Of a stretch of 64,000 nucleotides of DNA, positions 51,401 to 64,000 are shown piece by piece; the stretch's first letter is position 1; every line of letters starts with the position of its first letter. The stretch lies in assembly GCA_030704615.1 (NCBI GenBank), contig CM060731.1:57412001-57476000 (forward strand). Reading direction: 5' to 3'. The notes under the pieces are model-generated. The model searched no databases. It saw only the letters and a list, made by a program, of their open reading frames with translations, and had not been told where the DNA came from. The position numbers and the translations under genes are program-made. This DNA comes from Takakia lepidozioides (lineage: Eukaryota; Plantae; Bryophyta).

Positions 51401-51784
51401 ACCATTAACAAATAAATGTTGGGAAGAGTCAATGCCAATAAGTTGAAGGGGTACAGTGGTATCCATGACAAACCATTGCAGCACGATTTGCATGTTGAAA
51501 CGCAAAAACAGTCACGGGCTGCGCCAGTGATACCAACGGAGTATGGAGCACTTGTCGCTAAGCCGAGCGTAAGTGACCAGGGCGGAAAGTATAGGTGTTT
51601 GCATAGCTATCACAACCCATCACAGTGTGACACAGCCTATCACAGCCCATTACAGCGTGACACAGCCTATCACAGCCCATCACAGTATCACACAACCTAT
51701 CCCAACCTATCACAGTGTCACACAGCCTATCACAGCCCACCACAGTGCCACACAGCCTGTCACAGCCCAACACAACCCATGTAG
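45460..51784 (+). pseudogene. gag-pol of element 2 (mostly in-frame stops)
   Basis: 821-aa gag-PR ORF and 622-aa RT-RH-INT ORF with the same motifs as element 1. Confidence 0.95.
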
Positions 51785-52345
51785 GTTACACAGTCCATTA
51801 GGTCAATGACAGGTGGACGCAGGTTAACGTCAGAAAAATGGTCATTGAGTGAAGAAGAAGTTTGGAAGTCAAACTTGGAGAATATGCCATGCGGAGAGGG
51901 GAAGTCGGGGGCATGTTTAGAAACGGACACGTGGCTGCTAAGGCGAATCACACCACGCTGCATCGATTGCAAAAGTGGGTCTCATTATGCAAGCGGACAA
52001 ATTGGGCCGTCAAAGTACCTACCTGGTACAGCCGCTAAGACTATTTGTGGGCCCATTAATGCATTCAGAGTAAGGGTAACGGAACCCTTTCCGAGTACAT
52101 AAAAGAGGAACCTATGCCACATGTGCTGTCCTACTGGACATTCCAGGTGGGAATGTCCACGGAGGGGGGTGGAATTAAGAAATCATCTAAGTAGGCCATA
52201 GCCAATCAGGAGTGCGAATTATATGCAGGTGGTTTCCTCCAAGAAACAAGAACAAGAAATAGGAAGTGTTATGAGCGGAGTCGGGGTGGCTCTGAATAGC
52301 CAAGGTCTCGACGGGAGGGGCAATCAAAGCACTAGCTTTGTAGCT

Positions 52346-55300
52346 ATGGCGGATGTAACGAATTACACACTCGCATTACTTCTCACACAGTGGCGCAACG
52401 ACGGACGAGTTGAGAGTACATTTTCTCTCACTCGATACTTGCAAGCCCCACAGGCTTACACACACTTACCTGTTCCATTCTGTGCCAACCATACCTTCAT
52501 GCTCTGTGCCCTGCAAGCTTTCCTTCAGTTGTTTCAAACAAAGCCTTTTTGTTTGTCTGGAATGAAGAGAGTGAGGGGAATGGAGGATATCAGGGTGAAG
52601 AGCACCACGATACTGCAGAAGCAAACAAATGCAGCACCGCAGGTAGTGTAGCTGCTAAGGGAGTTGCGATTGGAGGGGCTGCTACGCAAGGACTGGTCCT
52701 TGCATCATTGGCAATATATGATTCAATTCCTTCAGAACTTTGAGCCTCGGACTGGAGTTACTCAGGTGAGGAGAGTAGATATAGAAATTACTCCCGAGTA
52801 CCTGCAGCAATTGTTTGATTTGCCATCAGGTCATGTGGATGTGGATGAGCACAGGGCAAGATTGCAGATAGGGAATTTGTTCCAAGAAGGGAGTTTCAAG
52901 ACTCAAGGTTACGCTTCTACCAAAGCCGAATACCCAGGGCTCAGAGAAGTTGGCCAAATATTGAACGTTCTGTTTGCCATGAAACAGAACCAATAGTATT
53001 TGAGCAGGCCATTCACAGAGGAGATCCTGAAAGCTTTGAGGGGAGATGATGTAGCTTGGGCGGAGTTAATGTACAATGGTCTGGTGGACGAGATGAAGAG
53101 GTTATAGGGCACTGTTGCTAAGTCTCCGATCATTGTGTCTGGTCCAGTCATTGCCCAAATCATTCTTGATTCTTGCATACTTGATACTCGGGAACGTAAG
53201 GAGATGGGAGTGTTTGAGGCAGAAATCACTGCAATTGAAGAGCAGGGCTCTTCACATAGTGAGGGTGGACTGGTAGGGCAACACCAGTCTAAGAGACAGA
53301 AGCGGGGTATGACTGTAGTGGCCGATCCACTGGCTTCACGGAAACCGCAAGATAATGTTTCCCAAGCTCTTGTGAAGGATGGGGCACAACAGCACAGAGA
53401 GCTGTTATTATTGGAAGCACGGCCCTCGGAGAGAGAAGAGGAAATCACTTCGATACCACAGCCACCACAACCAGTTGACTCAGTTGCTTTAGAGGTTCCA
53501 CAGTTAGAGTATGTTGTGACACAACCCCCAATTGCTCTGGACGGAGAAGGCTTGGACATTCCCACTACAGAGCAGGTCGTGGCCGAAATTGAGAAGGGTG
53601 ACCTTCTCTATGAAAACTCTGGCTTGGTAAGGGAATCAGTTGTTCCAGAGGTGCAGCGCTTGTCCAGGGAAAACCCTGTTGTGCATGTAATACCCACACC
53701 TGTGACAGAGGTACCAGGGGTAGAAAATAAGGACACTGCAACACCGGTGGAGGATGAGGTGGTTCAAGAAGAGAATCTGGTGGGACAATGGCCTGAATGG
53801 TTGGTGAGGCATCACACTGTGGAGGATCAGGGAGAACAGCAGCAAGCTCACCATGATGACCCTCAGCAAACCATGCTTATGAGTTCCATAAGCAAGACAC
53901 TTAATTTGTTGGGCACTTATGTGAAATCCCATGTTCCATCTACCCAATTGGCAGCTTTGAGGGAAGAACTCAGGAAAGAGTTTGAGGCTTGAATTGCCAC
54001 AGAGTGTGCTAACAAGGTAGATGAGGAGGTCAATGTCAAGTTACAGCAGGAGTTGGATGACACAAAGGCTGCTTTGCAGTTGGCCAAGGGACATTTGATT
54101 GAAGCAGGCCTCGAGTAGGACCAATTGCATGAAGCACATAAGCAACAGTTATACCAAATGCAATGAAGCATGAGGGCAAGTTGCAAGAAGTGAATGTACT
54201 ACATACAGAGTTGGAGGCAGTACATGAGAAGATGACCATACAATGTGCTACACTCACAACTACTCTTGAGCAAACTGCATCAGAAGTTAACAGACAAGGG
54301 GAGAGATGTATGAGGGCAGAAGCTGAGATAATAGAGCAAACGAAACTCATTGTTGATATGAAGAATAAAATCTGTCTCAACGAGAATACTTTCAAACAAT
54401 ATAGACAAGTTGAGGCTGACCGGGAGAGGTACATCCTGGAGTTGCAACAAACAGTCATGGTCAATAGAAATGAACTTTCTGTGGCTAACAAGGCTTGGAA
54501 GGAAGCCAATAATCTGGCTGCTGCCTATGCAAGTCTGGTTGAACCTCATGCAAAGCGCATGGAGGCTTTACAGCAGCAGATAAATGTGTACAGACTCACG
54601 GAGGAGCAAACTCTCAGGGGTGCCACACACGACTTGGTGAATGACCACCTTATGCAGGTCTGGTTAGCACAAGGGCCGGTAGAAGGCAAAGCACCACGAA
54701 AGCTCACCTAGGGCGAGATGAATGAGCTCAGATTGCAGGTGCAGAACATTGCCACAAGTACTATAGACAATGTCTATAGTAGGATAGCGGAACTACAGGA
54801 GGACGTGGACGGTCTGCAGACTCAAGTGGATGACCTGAGTTCAAATATTGACAAGAGAGTCTTTGTTCCTGAGGAGCAGCTCATGGCTACTTATTTACAT
54901 GCCAGGTCTCTAATTTTTCAATCTTCTTTGCAGGGGGTGCAGGAGATACCGGTACAGGAGATGCCAGTGGTAGAAGGGCCAGTGGTACCAATACCACAGC
55001 AGGTGGTTGTGCAGGTAGCTGACCCTGTTGTTACTACAGCCACACCACAGCCTGAGTTATGGGGGGATGCTGCTTTTAACCCACCTAAGACTCCTGCTGC
55101 ACGGGAGTACAGTCGGGCTATGATTATGCCCTTCAACCAAATTCCCATTGTGTTGGATTTGGCTTGGAAGGAATTTAGTCCTCCGCAGTCCTTGGCACAT
55201 TACTACCAGATCATGCACATTTGGTTGCCGGTGGCAAATCGGACTAAGGTTCTTCCGAACAATCGACCCATTGAGGATCATCACTTTGCGAGGTACTGGT

Positions 55301-56121
55301 CTGAAGCAGGTACCATGCTAAAGGAATTAATTGCCTTCCAAGTTGTACATAGGTACATTTATACCAAGACCAAGGAGGTATCAAGTATTGTCATGGGTTG
55401 TGGATTATACTATGCTGCTTGTTTTCTGGCACGTTATCACATTGAGCAGCAGAGGATGCAATCTCGCTTTCTGAGTTATTCCAGTGGGGATCATTGGGTC
55501 TTACCTTCAGTGCCACCTCATATGTACCTATATGATGCAAAAGTTATGATGCAGAAGGATTCCCAACTTCGTACATGGTTTCATTCGGCTTGGAATAGTT
55601 TGACAACACAGAAATTTGGCCCTGAGGATATTTTCCTTAAGGGACATGAAGCCTGGAAATACTTACACTGTTCCAAAGTCATTGGCACACCTTGTACCTA
55701 TACAGATAACGAGTTCAGGACGTTCACTAATTTTGCTTGCAAACGCTTACAGCAAGTTGTATAGTTTAAACTTCCAGACATGGTGGGACCACATTGTATG
55801 CCACACAAGATTCCACTTAAAGTTCGGCCGTTAAAACACCTAAGGGGGGACGAGGATTCTGATACTACTGTTTCTTCCGCGGACTCTTTTGACATGACAG
55901 AGGACTATGCACTTCAGATGGCAGAGAAGAAACGACGGGGATCTCATATGCCTGACAGGTTACCTCGTTATTAGCCAAAGGAGGGTCAGACATTTCCAGG
56001 TAGTGCTCAATCATCTCCATCTGCCAGTGACAGGACTCGGGCTCGTACACGGAGTCCTTCACGAGACTCTCACCGTCAGAAGGATGCTCGCTCACAAAGG
56101 TTTGTTAATCCCAAACAGTAA
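52346..56121 (+). pseudogene. Large extra 3' ORF of element 2 (~1250 codons)
   Basis: Starts MADVTNYTLALLLTQW and ends FVNPKQ*; broken mainly by CAG>TAG stops. Confidence 0.85.
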
Positions 56122-56487
56122 ACCGTGAGGACACAGTTTTTTTTTTAGAGGGGGAGGGGTAATGTTAGAGGGCTGCTTGGGACTTAGACGTTTTTTCGGG
56201 TTGTGTGGGGTACCCTTAATTTTTGCGCAGACTGAGACCAACAGGAGCCTTGGGGGTGGCAGCAGCAGGCTTTGGGGGGGTTACACAACCCGACACAGCT
56301 TCACATAGCCTGTCACAGCCCGCCACAGTTTCGCACAGCTTCACACAACCCGTCACAGTCAGTCACAGCCGCCACAGCTTCACACAGCCCGACACAGCTT
56401 CACACAGCCAGTCACAGCCGCCACAATTTTGCACGGCTTCACATAGCCCGTCACAGCCAGTCACAGCCACCACAGCTTTGCACAGCC

Positions 56488-59400
56488 TGTCGAGCGGCTT
56501 TTACTCACCCATCCCTTCGCTATCCGAGGTGGGAACTCCAAGATAGAAGAGTTGGAAATCTCTAAGCACTCAGCCCGCTCAGAACAATCAGTCATGACCT
56601 ACAACCCATGTATCATGGGGGTGTTTCCTATTTGTATTCCTTCCCGTATTCATGTTAGCTAGTTACCTTACTGTTGGTATTTAAGTATCAGATTGCTTCA
56701 GCAATCTATCGGATTCCATCAACTCATCCATTCATTCCACAGCTTCACTCAGATCTCTCTACACAGTGTGAGTATGAAGTATGAATCAGATTAATATCTA
56801 TCAAGTATCAAGCTGAAGCCATGAAGTCTCTAATCTGTTCTACATTACAACACTACTGCTTGCATTCATCAAGTATCAATAGATCGTTCTCCTCCTACTC
56901 CGTGCTCTCCCTCTTTCTACTCAAAGATGCGCTCTCCGCTTCATTTCCCAGCTGTGATGCCCGAAAACCTTCAAGAAGTCATTCTCCCCCCAGAAGTAGT
57001 CCCTGGAAGTGATTCCTAGACCTCCCCGCTCTTCGCTTTTTCTACCTACAAGCTGTTGTAACCGTTTTCCTAACTAACCGTCATCCCTGTAGTACACGTT
57101 CCTTTTTCAGATGTCGTTCCCCCACCGTCGTTCCCTGCCAATGATAACTGTTCCTCAGCTGTGCCGAGCTATGACTGGCTGTATCAGGCTGTGGCGGGCT
57201 GTGACTGGCTGTGTCGGGCTGTGTAGGGCTGTGCGAAGCTGTGGCGGCTGTGTCGGGCTGTGACGGGCTGTGTTGGACTGTGATGGACTGTGTCGGGCTG
57301 TGTCGGGCTGTGTTGAGCTGTGACTGGTTGTATCAGGCTGTGGCGGGCTGTGACGGGTTGTGTCGGCTGTGACTAGTCTATGTAAAAAATAAGGGTACCC
57401 CTTGGAACCCATAAAAGTGTCTAAGTCCCAGACCCCACAGAACCCATAAAAGTGCCTAAGTCCCAGACCCCACAGAACCCATAAAAGTGCCTAAGTCCCA
57501 GACAGTCCTCTAACATTACCCGTTCCCCTCTCAAAAAGCCGTGTCCTCACGGTTTACTGTTTGGGATTTGGAAACCTTTGTGAGCGAGCACCCTTCTGAT
57601 GGTTAGAGTCTCGTGAATGACTCCTTGTGCGATCTCGAGTCCTGTCACTGGTTGATGGAGATGATTGAACACTACCTGGAAATGTCAGTCCTTCCTTTGG
57701 CTGATATCGAGGTAATCTTTCAGGCATAGGAGACCCCCGTCGCTTCTTCTCTGCCAATTGAATTGCATAGTCCTCTGCCATGTCAAAAGAGTTCGCTGAA
57801 GAATTAGTAGTATCAAAATCCTCATCGCCTCTCAGGTGTTTTAACGGCCGAACTTTTTGTGGAATCCTCTGGGGCATACAATGTGGTCCCACCATGTCTG
57901 GAAGTTTAAACTGTAAAACTTGTTGTAAGCGCTGAATTGCAAAATTGGTGAAGACCCTGAACTCTCTGTCTGTCCAGGTGAGTGTGTACCAACGACTTGT
58001 GAATTTTGCAAGTATTTCCATGCCTCTTGGCCCTTAAAGAAAATATCGTCAGGCCCGAATTTTTGTGTTGACAAATTGTTCCAGGCCGCATGAAACCATG
58101 AACGAAGTTGGGAGTCCTTTTGCATCATCACCTTTGCATCATAGAGGTACATATGAGGTGGCACTGAAGGTAAGACCCAATGATCCCCACTGGAATAACT
58201 CAGAAAGCGCGATTGCATCTTCTGCTGCTCAATGTGATAACGTGCCAGAAAACAAGCAGCATAGTATAACCCGCAGCCCATGACAATACTTGCTACCTCC
58301 TTGGTCTTGGTATAAATGTACCCATGTACAACTTGGAAGACAATTAATTCCTTCAACATGGTACTTGTCTCATGCCAGTACCTCCCAAAGTGATGATCCT
58401 CAATGGGTCAATTGTTCGGAAGAACCTTAGTCCTAGTTGCCACTGGCAGCCAAATGCGCATGATCAGGTAGTAATGTGCCAACGACTGTGGAGGACTAAA
58501 TTCCTTCCAAGCCAAATCCAACACAATTGGAGTTTGGTTGAAGGGCATAATGATAGCCCGACTGTACTCCCGTGCAGCAGGAGTTTTAGGTGGGTTGAAA
58601 GCAGCATCCCCCCATACCTCAGGCTATGGTGGCTGTGGTGTGGTTGTAGTAACAACAGGGTCAGCTACTATCACAGTGACTTGTTGTGGTCTTGGTGGCA
58701 CTGGCTCTTGTACCACTGGCATTTCCTGCACCCCCTCCGAAGAAGACTGAAAAGCCAAAGTTCTGGCTTGTAAATAAAAAGCCATCAGCTGCTCCTCAGG
58801 TACAAAGACTCTCTTGTCAATATTTGATGTCAGGTCCTCCACCTGAGTCTGCAGGTTGTCTACATCCTCTTGTAGCTCCGCTATCCTACTATAGACATTG
58901 TCTATAGTAGTTGTGGCAATGTTCTGCACTTGCAGTCTGAGCTCATTCATCTCGCTTTGGGTGAGCTTTCGTGTTGCTTTGCCTTCCACCGGTCCTTGTG
59001 CTAACCAGACCTGCATAAGGTGGTTATCCACCAAGTTGCTTGTGGCACCCCTGAGAGTCTGCTCCTCTGTGAGCCTGTACACATCTATCTGCTGCTGTAA
59101 AGCCTCCATGCGTTTTGCATGAGGTTCAATTAAACTTGCATATGCAGCAGCCAGATTATTGGCTTCCTTCCAAGCCTTGTTAGCCACAGATAGTTCATTT
59201 CTATTTATCATTAGCGTTTGTTGCAACTCCAGGATGTACCTCTCTTGGTCAGCTTCAACCTGCCTGTATTGCTTGAAAGTATTCTCATTGCGACAGATTG
59301 TATTCTTCATATCAATAATGAGTTTTGTCTACTCGTCATTATCTGCCTGTGCCTTTATACATCTTTCCACTTGGCTGTTAACTTCTAATGTAGTTACCTC

Positions 59401-61233
59401 AAGCGTAGTTGTGAGTGTAGCACATTGTACGGCCATCATGTCATGCACTGTCTGCAACTCCGTATGTAGTGCATTCACTTCTTGCAACTTGCTTTCATGC
59501 TTCACCTGCATTTGGTATAGCTGTTGCTTATGTGCTTCGTGCAACTGGTCTTGTGCGAGGCCTGCCTCAATCAATTGTTCCTTGGCCAATTGCAAAGCAG
59601 CTTCTGTACTCTCTAAGTCTTGCTGTATCTTGAGAGTGACCTCCTTATCGACCTTGTTTGCACACTCAGTGGCAAGTCGAGCCTCAAACTCCTTCCCGAG
59701 TTCCTCCCTCAAAGTTGTCAATTGAGTAGTTGGAACATGGGATTTGACATAAGTGCTCAACAAATTAAGTGTCCTGCTTATGGAACTCATAAGCATGGCC
59801 TGTTGAGGGTAATCATGGTGAGCTTGCTGCTGTTCTCCCTGATCCTCAACAGTGTGATGCCTCACGAACCATTCAGGCCATTGCCCCACCAGATTTTCTT
59901 CCTGAACCACCTCATCCGCTACAGGTGCTGGAGTGTCTTGACATTCTACCTGTGGTACCTCCATTAGAGGTGTGGGTATTACAACAACAGTAGGGTTTCC
60001 CCTGGACAACCGCTGTATCTCCGGAATCACTGTTTCCCTGACCAAACCAGAATTTTCATAGAGAAGGTCCCCCTTCTCAATTTCTGCCACCACCTGTTCT
60101 GTAGTGGGGATATCTAACCCTTCTTTCTCCAAATCAATTATTTGTGGTGGAACTGCACGGACAACTTGTGGTAACTCTGTGACAAGCCTATCATCTGGTT
60201 GTGATGGCTGTGATAATGAAGTAACCTCATGTTCTCTCTCCATAGGTTGCGTTGTTTGTACCCACATCTCTCGGTGCTGCTGTGCCCCCTCTTGCACAAG
60301 AGTATGAGTAACTTCTTTCTCTGGCTGTCTCCTAGCCAATGGTTCTGCTTCTAATGTGATTGCTTTCCTCTGCCTCTTAGGCTGTTGATGCTCTACCAAT
60401 CCCCCTTCACCCTGTGAAGAACCTTGCTCTTCTATTGCAGTGGTTGCTGTCTCAAACACTCCCATCTCCTTCCTTTCTCTCGCATCAAGTATGCACGAGT
60501 CTAGAATAATTTGTGCAATGATTGGCCCAGACACTATGATAGGAGACTTTGCGGCAGTGCCTAATCTCTTCATCTCTTTCTACCAGTGCGTTGTACATTA
60601 TGTCCGCCCATGTTACCTCTTCTCCTCTCAGGGCTTTGAGTATTTCCTCTGTGAAGGATCTGCTCAAATACTGTTGGTTCTATTTCATGGCAAACAGAAC
60701 GTTCAATACCTGGCCTACCTCCCTTAGCCATGGGTACACGGCCTTGGTACAAGCATAACCCTGAGTTTTAAAGAAACTCCCTTCTTGGAATAAGTCCCCT
60801 ATTTGCAGTCTTGCCCTGTGCTCCTCCACATGCACCTGACCTGATGGCAATTCAAACAATTGCTGAGGGTATAGGGGAGTAATTTCTAATTCAACTCCCT
60901 GCACCGTTGTTGCTCCTGTCCTAGGCTCAAAGTTCTGCAAGAATTGTAACATGTACTGCCTATGGTGCAATGTCCAATCTTTGCTTTGCAATCCTTCTAA
61001 TTGCAGCTCCTTCAGTAACTGTACCGCTTGTGGAGTAGCAAATCCTATGGACTGTGTAACCCCGGTAGGCTGTGTTGAGCTGTGACAGGCTGTGTCATAC
61101 TGTGGTACGCTCTGATAGGCTGTGTCGCACTGTGGTAAGCTGTGATAGGCTGTGACACACTGTGGTAGGTTGTGATAGGTTGTGTCACGCTGTGATGGGT
61201 TGTGATAGGCTGTGTGACACTGTGATGGGCTGT
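56488..61233 (-). mobile_element. Ty3/Gypsy element 3 (3' part), nested in the 3' LTR of element 2
   Basis: 3' LTR 56488-57515, PPT, extra ORF 57554-61040, internal deletion at ~61040, post-integrase tandem array at 61060-61233. Confidence 0.92.
57554..61040 (-). pseudogene. Extra 3' ORF of element 3 (N-terminus deleted)
   Basis: ORFs of 103, 414, 228, 172 and 155 aa colinear with those of elements 1 and 2. Confidence 0.85.
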
Positions 61234-64000
61234 TGTTAGAGGACTGTCTGGGACTTAGACACTTATACGGGATCTATAGGGTACCCTTAATTTTTGGCAC
61301 AGACTGAGACCAACAGGAGCCTTAGGGGTGACAGCAGCGCACTGTAGAGGGGGGTTACACAGCCCGTCACAGCCAACACAGCCGTCACAGTCGTCACAGC
61401 CGTCACAGTCGACACAGCCAACACAGCCCGTCACAGTCGTCACAGCAGACACAGCCAAACACAGTCGCACAGCCAGTCACAGCCCGTCACAGTTTCACAC
61501 AGCCAGTCACAGCTTGACACAGCTGTCACGACCATAGGGAACGGAGAGCAGGACAGGGAACGATTGTGGGGAACAACACCTGCAAATGGAACATGTTAGT
61601 TCACGGACGACGGTTAGTGAGGGAAACGGTTAGAGCCACGGGTAGGAAGATAAAGCGAGAAGCAAGGACGGAGGAGGGGCTTTTTGGGCGAGGGGAAGCA
61701 CTTCACGGGAGAGGACTTCTTGGTCATGCAGGAGAGGGGATCCGGCAGAGATGAAGAACGGAAGTGAAGATAGAGAGATGATGAGTAGATGTTTGTTATA
61801 TGCAAAGCTGTAGTGATATTGTAGAGCAGATTAGAGACACAATGGCTTCGGCCTGATACCTGATAAATCATAATCGGATACTTTTACGATACAATCACAC
61901 TGTGTAGAGAGATCTGAGTGAAGCTGTGGAATGAATGGATGAGTTGATGGAATCCAATAGATTGATAAAGCAAACTGATACTTAATTATCAATGGTAAGG
62001 TAGCTAACATGAATGCCAAAAGGGAAACAAATAGGAAACACCCCCATGATACACTAGCTGTAGGTCATGCCTGATTGTTCTGCGCGGGCTGAGTACCTAG
62101 AGATTTCCAACTCTTCTATCTTGGAGTTTCCGCCTCGAATAGCGAAGGGATGGGTGAGTAAAAGCCGCGCGACATTTGGCGACCATACTGGGGAACTGAG
62201 TCATGAACAACCGGATGTGACAGGCATCTGGTGGGATCATGGTGGTTGGACCATTAAAGAATTTGAAGTGAATCAAATCCCTGTGGAACGAAGGAAGAAA
62301 GATTGTCCAAACAATTCTTTCAAAGGTTGGAATTGCCAGACGGTTGTAAAGAAAATATTCTTAAGCGAGTGCATGATGCTGATCCGGAATGGGGTCTGGA
62401 GAAAGGAGTGATAAAGATTTATCAGGTAGCCTGTAGAGGAAGAGCACGTTGGTTACCAACATTGGTTTATGTGATAGCATTGCTATCCATTAAGCGAGTA
62501 GAAGTTGAAGGCTGGGAAGAAAGAAAGGTGAATGTTTATACTCATATGCATGAAGAGCTTGTACTGGTAAAGAATTGGATTCCAAAGGATATTTTGTGGA
62601 TCAAACTCACACCAAGAATAGCTTTCCAGACTTGTTTGCCATATGGTTATATGGTAACGGAGACTTCAACTATAACCAAGGGTGCATTGAAGCTTGAAAG
62701 AAACCCAGGCATATACGAGAGATATTACAGAAGAGAGTTTTGGTTATTGCCACATTAAAAGAAATGAAAGACATGGGACATGAGTGATGAAAGAGAAGCT
62801 AGACGCCAGAGATATTTAGCAAAAAGAGAAAGCTATCTGAAAGCTAATTATCCATATCTATGGGAGAGAGGAATAGACATAGGGGAATCATCTGGACCTC
62901 TCACACCATTAAGATCAAAGAGTACATCACCCATACCGGAAGAACTAGAGTTGGATGCCACTCCTTCTGTTTCTTTGCAAGAAAGATTAAGGGAATTGGT
63001 ACAGAAAGAAGATCAATCACGAGGTGAAAGATCTGGGGTACATCCCTGGATAAAAGATTTGACAGAAATCTTTGATAAGAGTTGGCATGGAACACCAAAA
63101 GCAGGAACTCCAGTTTCTGAAGCGGAAGGTGAAGAAGGAGAGAAGAGGATGTGGCAGAGCCAACGGAGAGTTCAGACTCTCCAACACATTACAGTTGAGT
63201 TACATGAGTGAAGAAGAAACCCAAGGGCAGAACTTGGAGGATGAAAACAGAGAGAAAAAATTGGAAGAGGAAGAATATGAAGAAGTAGACCCAACAGCTG
63301 AGGTTGAGACTACAACCAGGACATCCCAACCCGTTGGACCTGGATCAAGTGGAGCACTTGGATCACAGGCCAACGAAGGTGTCGGCTCATGGGGATCAGG
63401 CGGGCTGCCTGGATCTGGCTCTGGGGGGACAGGGAGTGTGGGAAGTAGTGCAACTGAAGCTGGGAATACTGTGGGAGTGCTCAAGGGCCACCACTTGGTG
63501 GAAGATCCACCACAAAAACAACAGGTCCAGAAGGACCAGCACCAGCAAGGGTGCCAGCACCTGTCAGGGGCAGAAGGTAGGGCCACAGATGGCGTTACAA
63601 CCAACACGGGCAAAACCACCCTTCCAATATATTCACAGGAAAAGGGGATCCCGATGTACACATTAGCCAATTTGAGCAATGTGTATAGTGAACAATGAGA
63701 ATGGCGATGATGCCAAGATGAGATGTTTTTGTTCACTTTAAGAGAAGCGAGTGTACAAGATTCCCTGATAATGCCATTATTAAATGGAATGGCTGAATAC
63801 AGCATTTCGAAATAGGTTCAGGACAAGTAAAACTGAGGATGAAGTGTATGGAAGTTTACAGTTAAAGCAAAAGAAGCATGAAACTGTTGAGGAGTATATG
63901 GAAAAGATGGAATTGATGATGAAAAAGCTGGCTGCAGTACCAGCACCCGGTTTACAGAAGACTTGGTTTGTGAGTGGACTAAGACCAGAGTTGCAAAAGA
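61234..64000 (+). mobile_element. Ty3/Gypsy element 4 (5' part), nested in element 3
   Basis: 5' LTR 61234-62174, PBS 62177-62194, ORF0 62067-62758, gag from 62780 to the window end. Confidence 0.93.

Larger units (their letters stand above)
43687..56487 (+). mobile_element. Ty3/Gypsy element 2 (same family); 3' LTR interrupted by element 3
   Basis: 5' LTR 43687-44852, PBS 44855-44872, ORF0, gag-pol, extra ORF, PPT ~56147-56160, partial 3' LTR 56163-56487. Confidence 0.95.

Overview
Eukaryotic, repeat-rich nuclear DNA from a land plant, most likely a non-seed plant (bryophyte, lycophyte or fern; inferred from a Replitron HUH relic, a bryophyte-type MULE transposase and PLS-DYW genes). The host genes are two paralogous PLS-class PPR-E-DYW C-to-U RNA-editing genes on the minus strand: 5047-7980 (three 1-nt frameshifts) and 34331-37267 (intact). 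They lie in a segmental duplication. Each has five near-identical 303-bp PLS triplets and a multi-kb inverted repeat immediately upstream, and a third relic locus sits at ~27040-30462. About half of the window is four copies of one non-chromoviral Ty3/Gypsy family. One copy is complete (10295-23341, TSD GTCCA); the other three form a nested stack from 43687 to the window end. The family carries an extra 5' ORF that starts inside the LTR, a ~1250-codon extra 3' ORF and CACAGCC-type tandem arrays. Also present: a degenerate PIF/Harbinger element, a Replitron relic, MULE/SWIM fragments, non-autonomous DNA elements with 8-bp TSDs and tRNA-derived SINE fragments. All calls come from reading the sequence; no searches were run.
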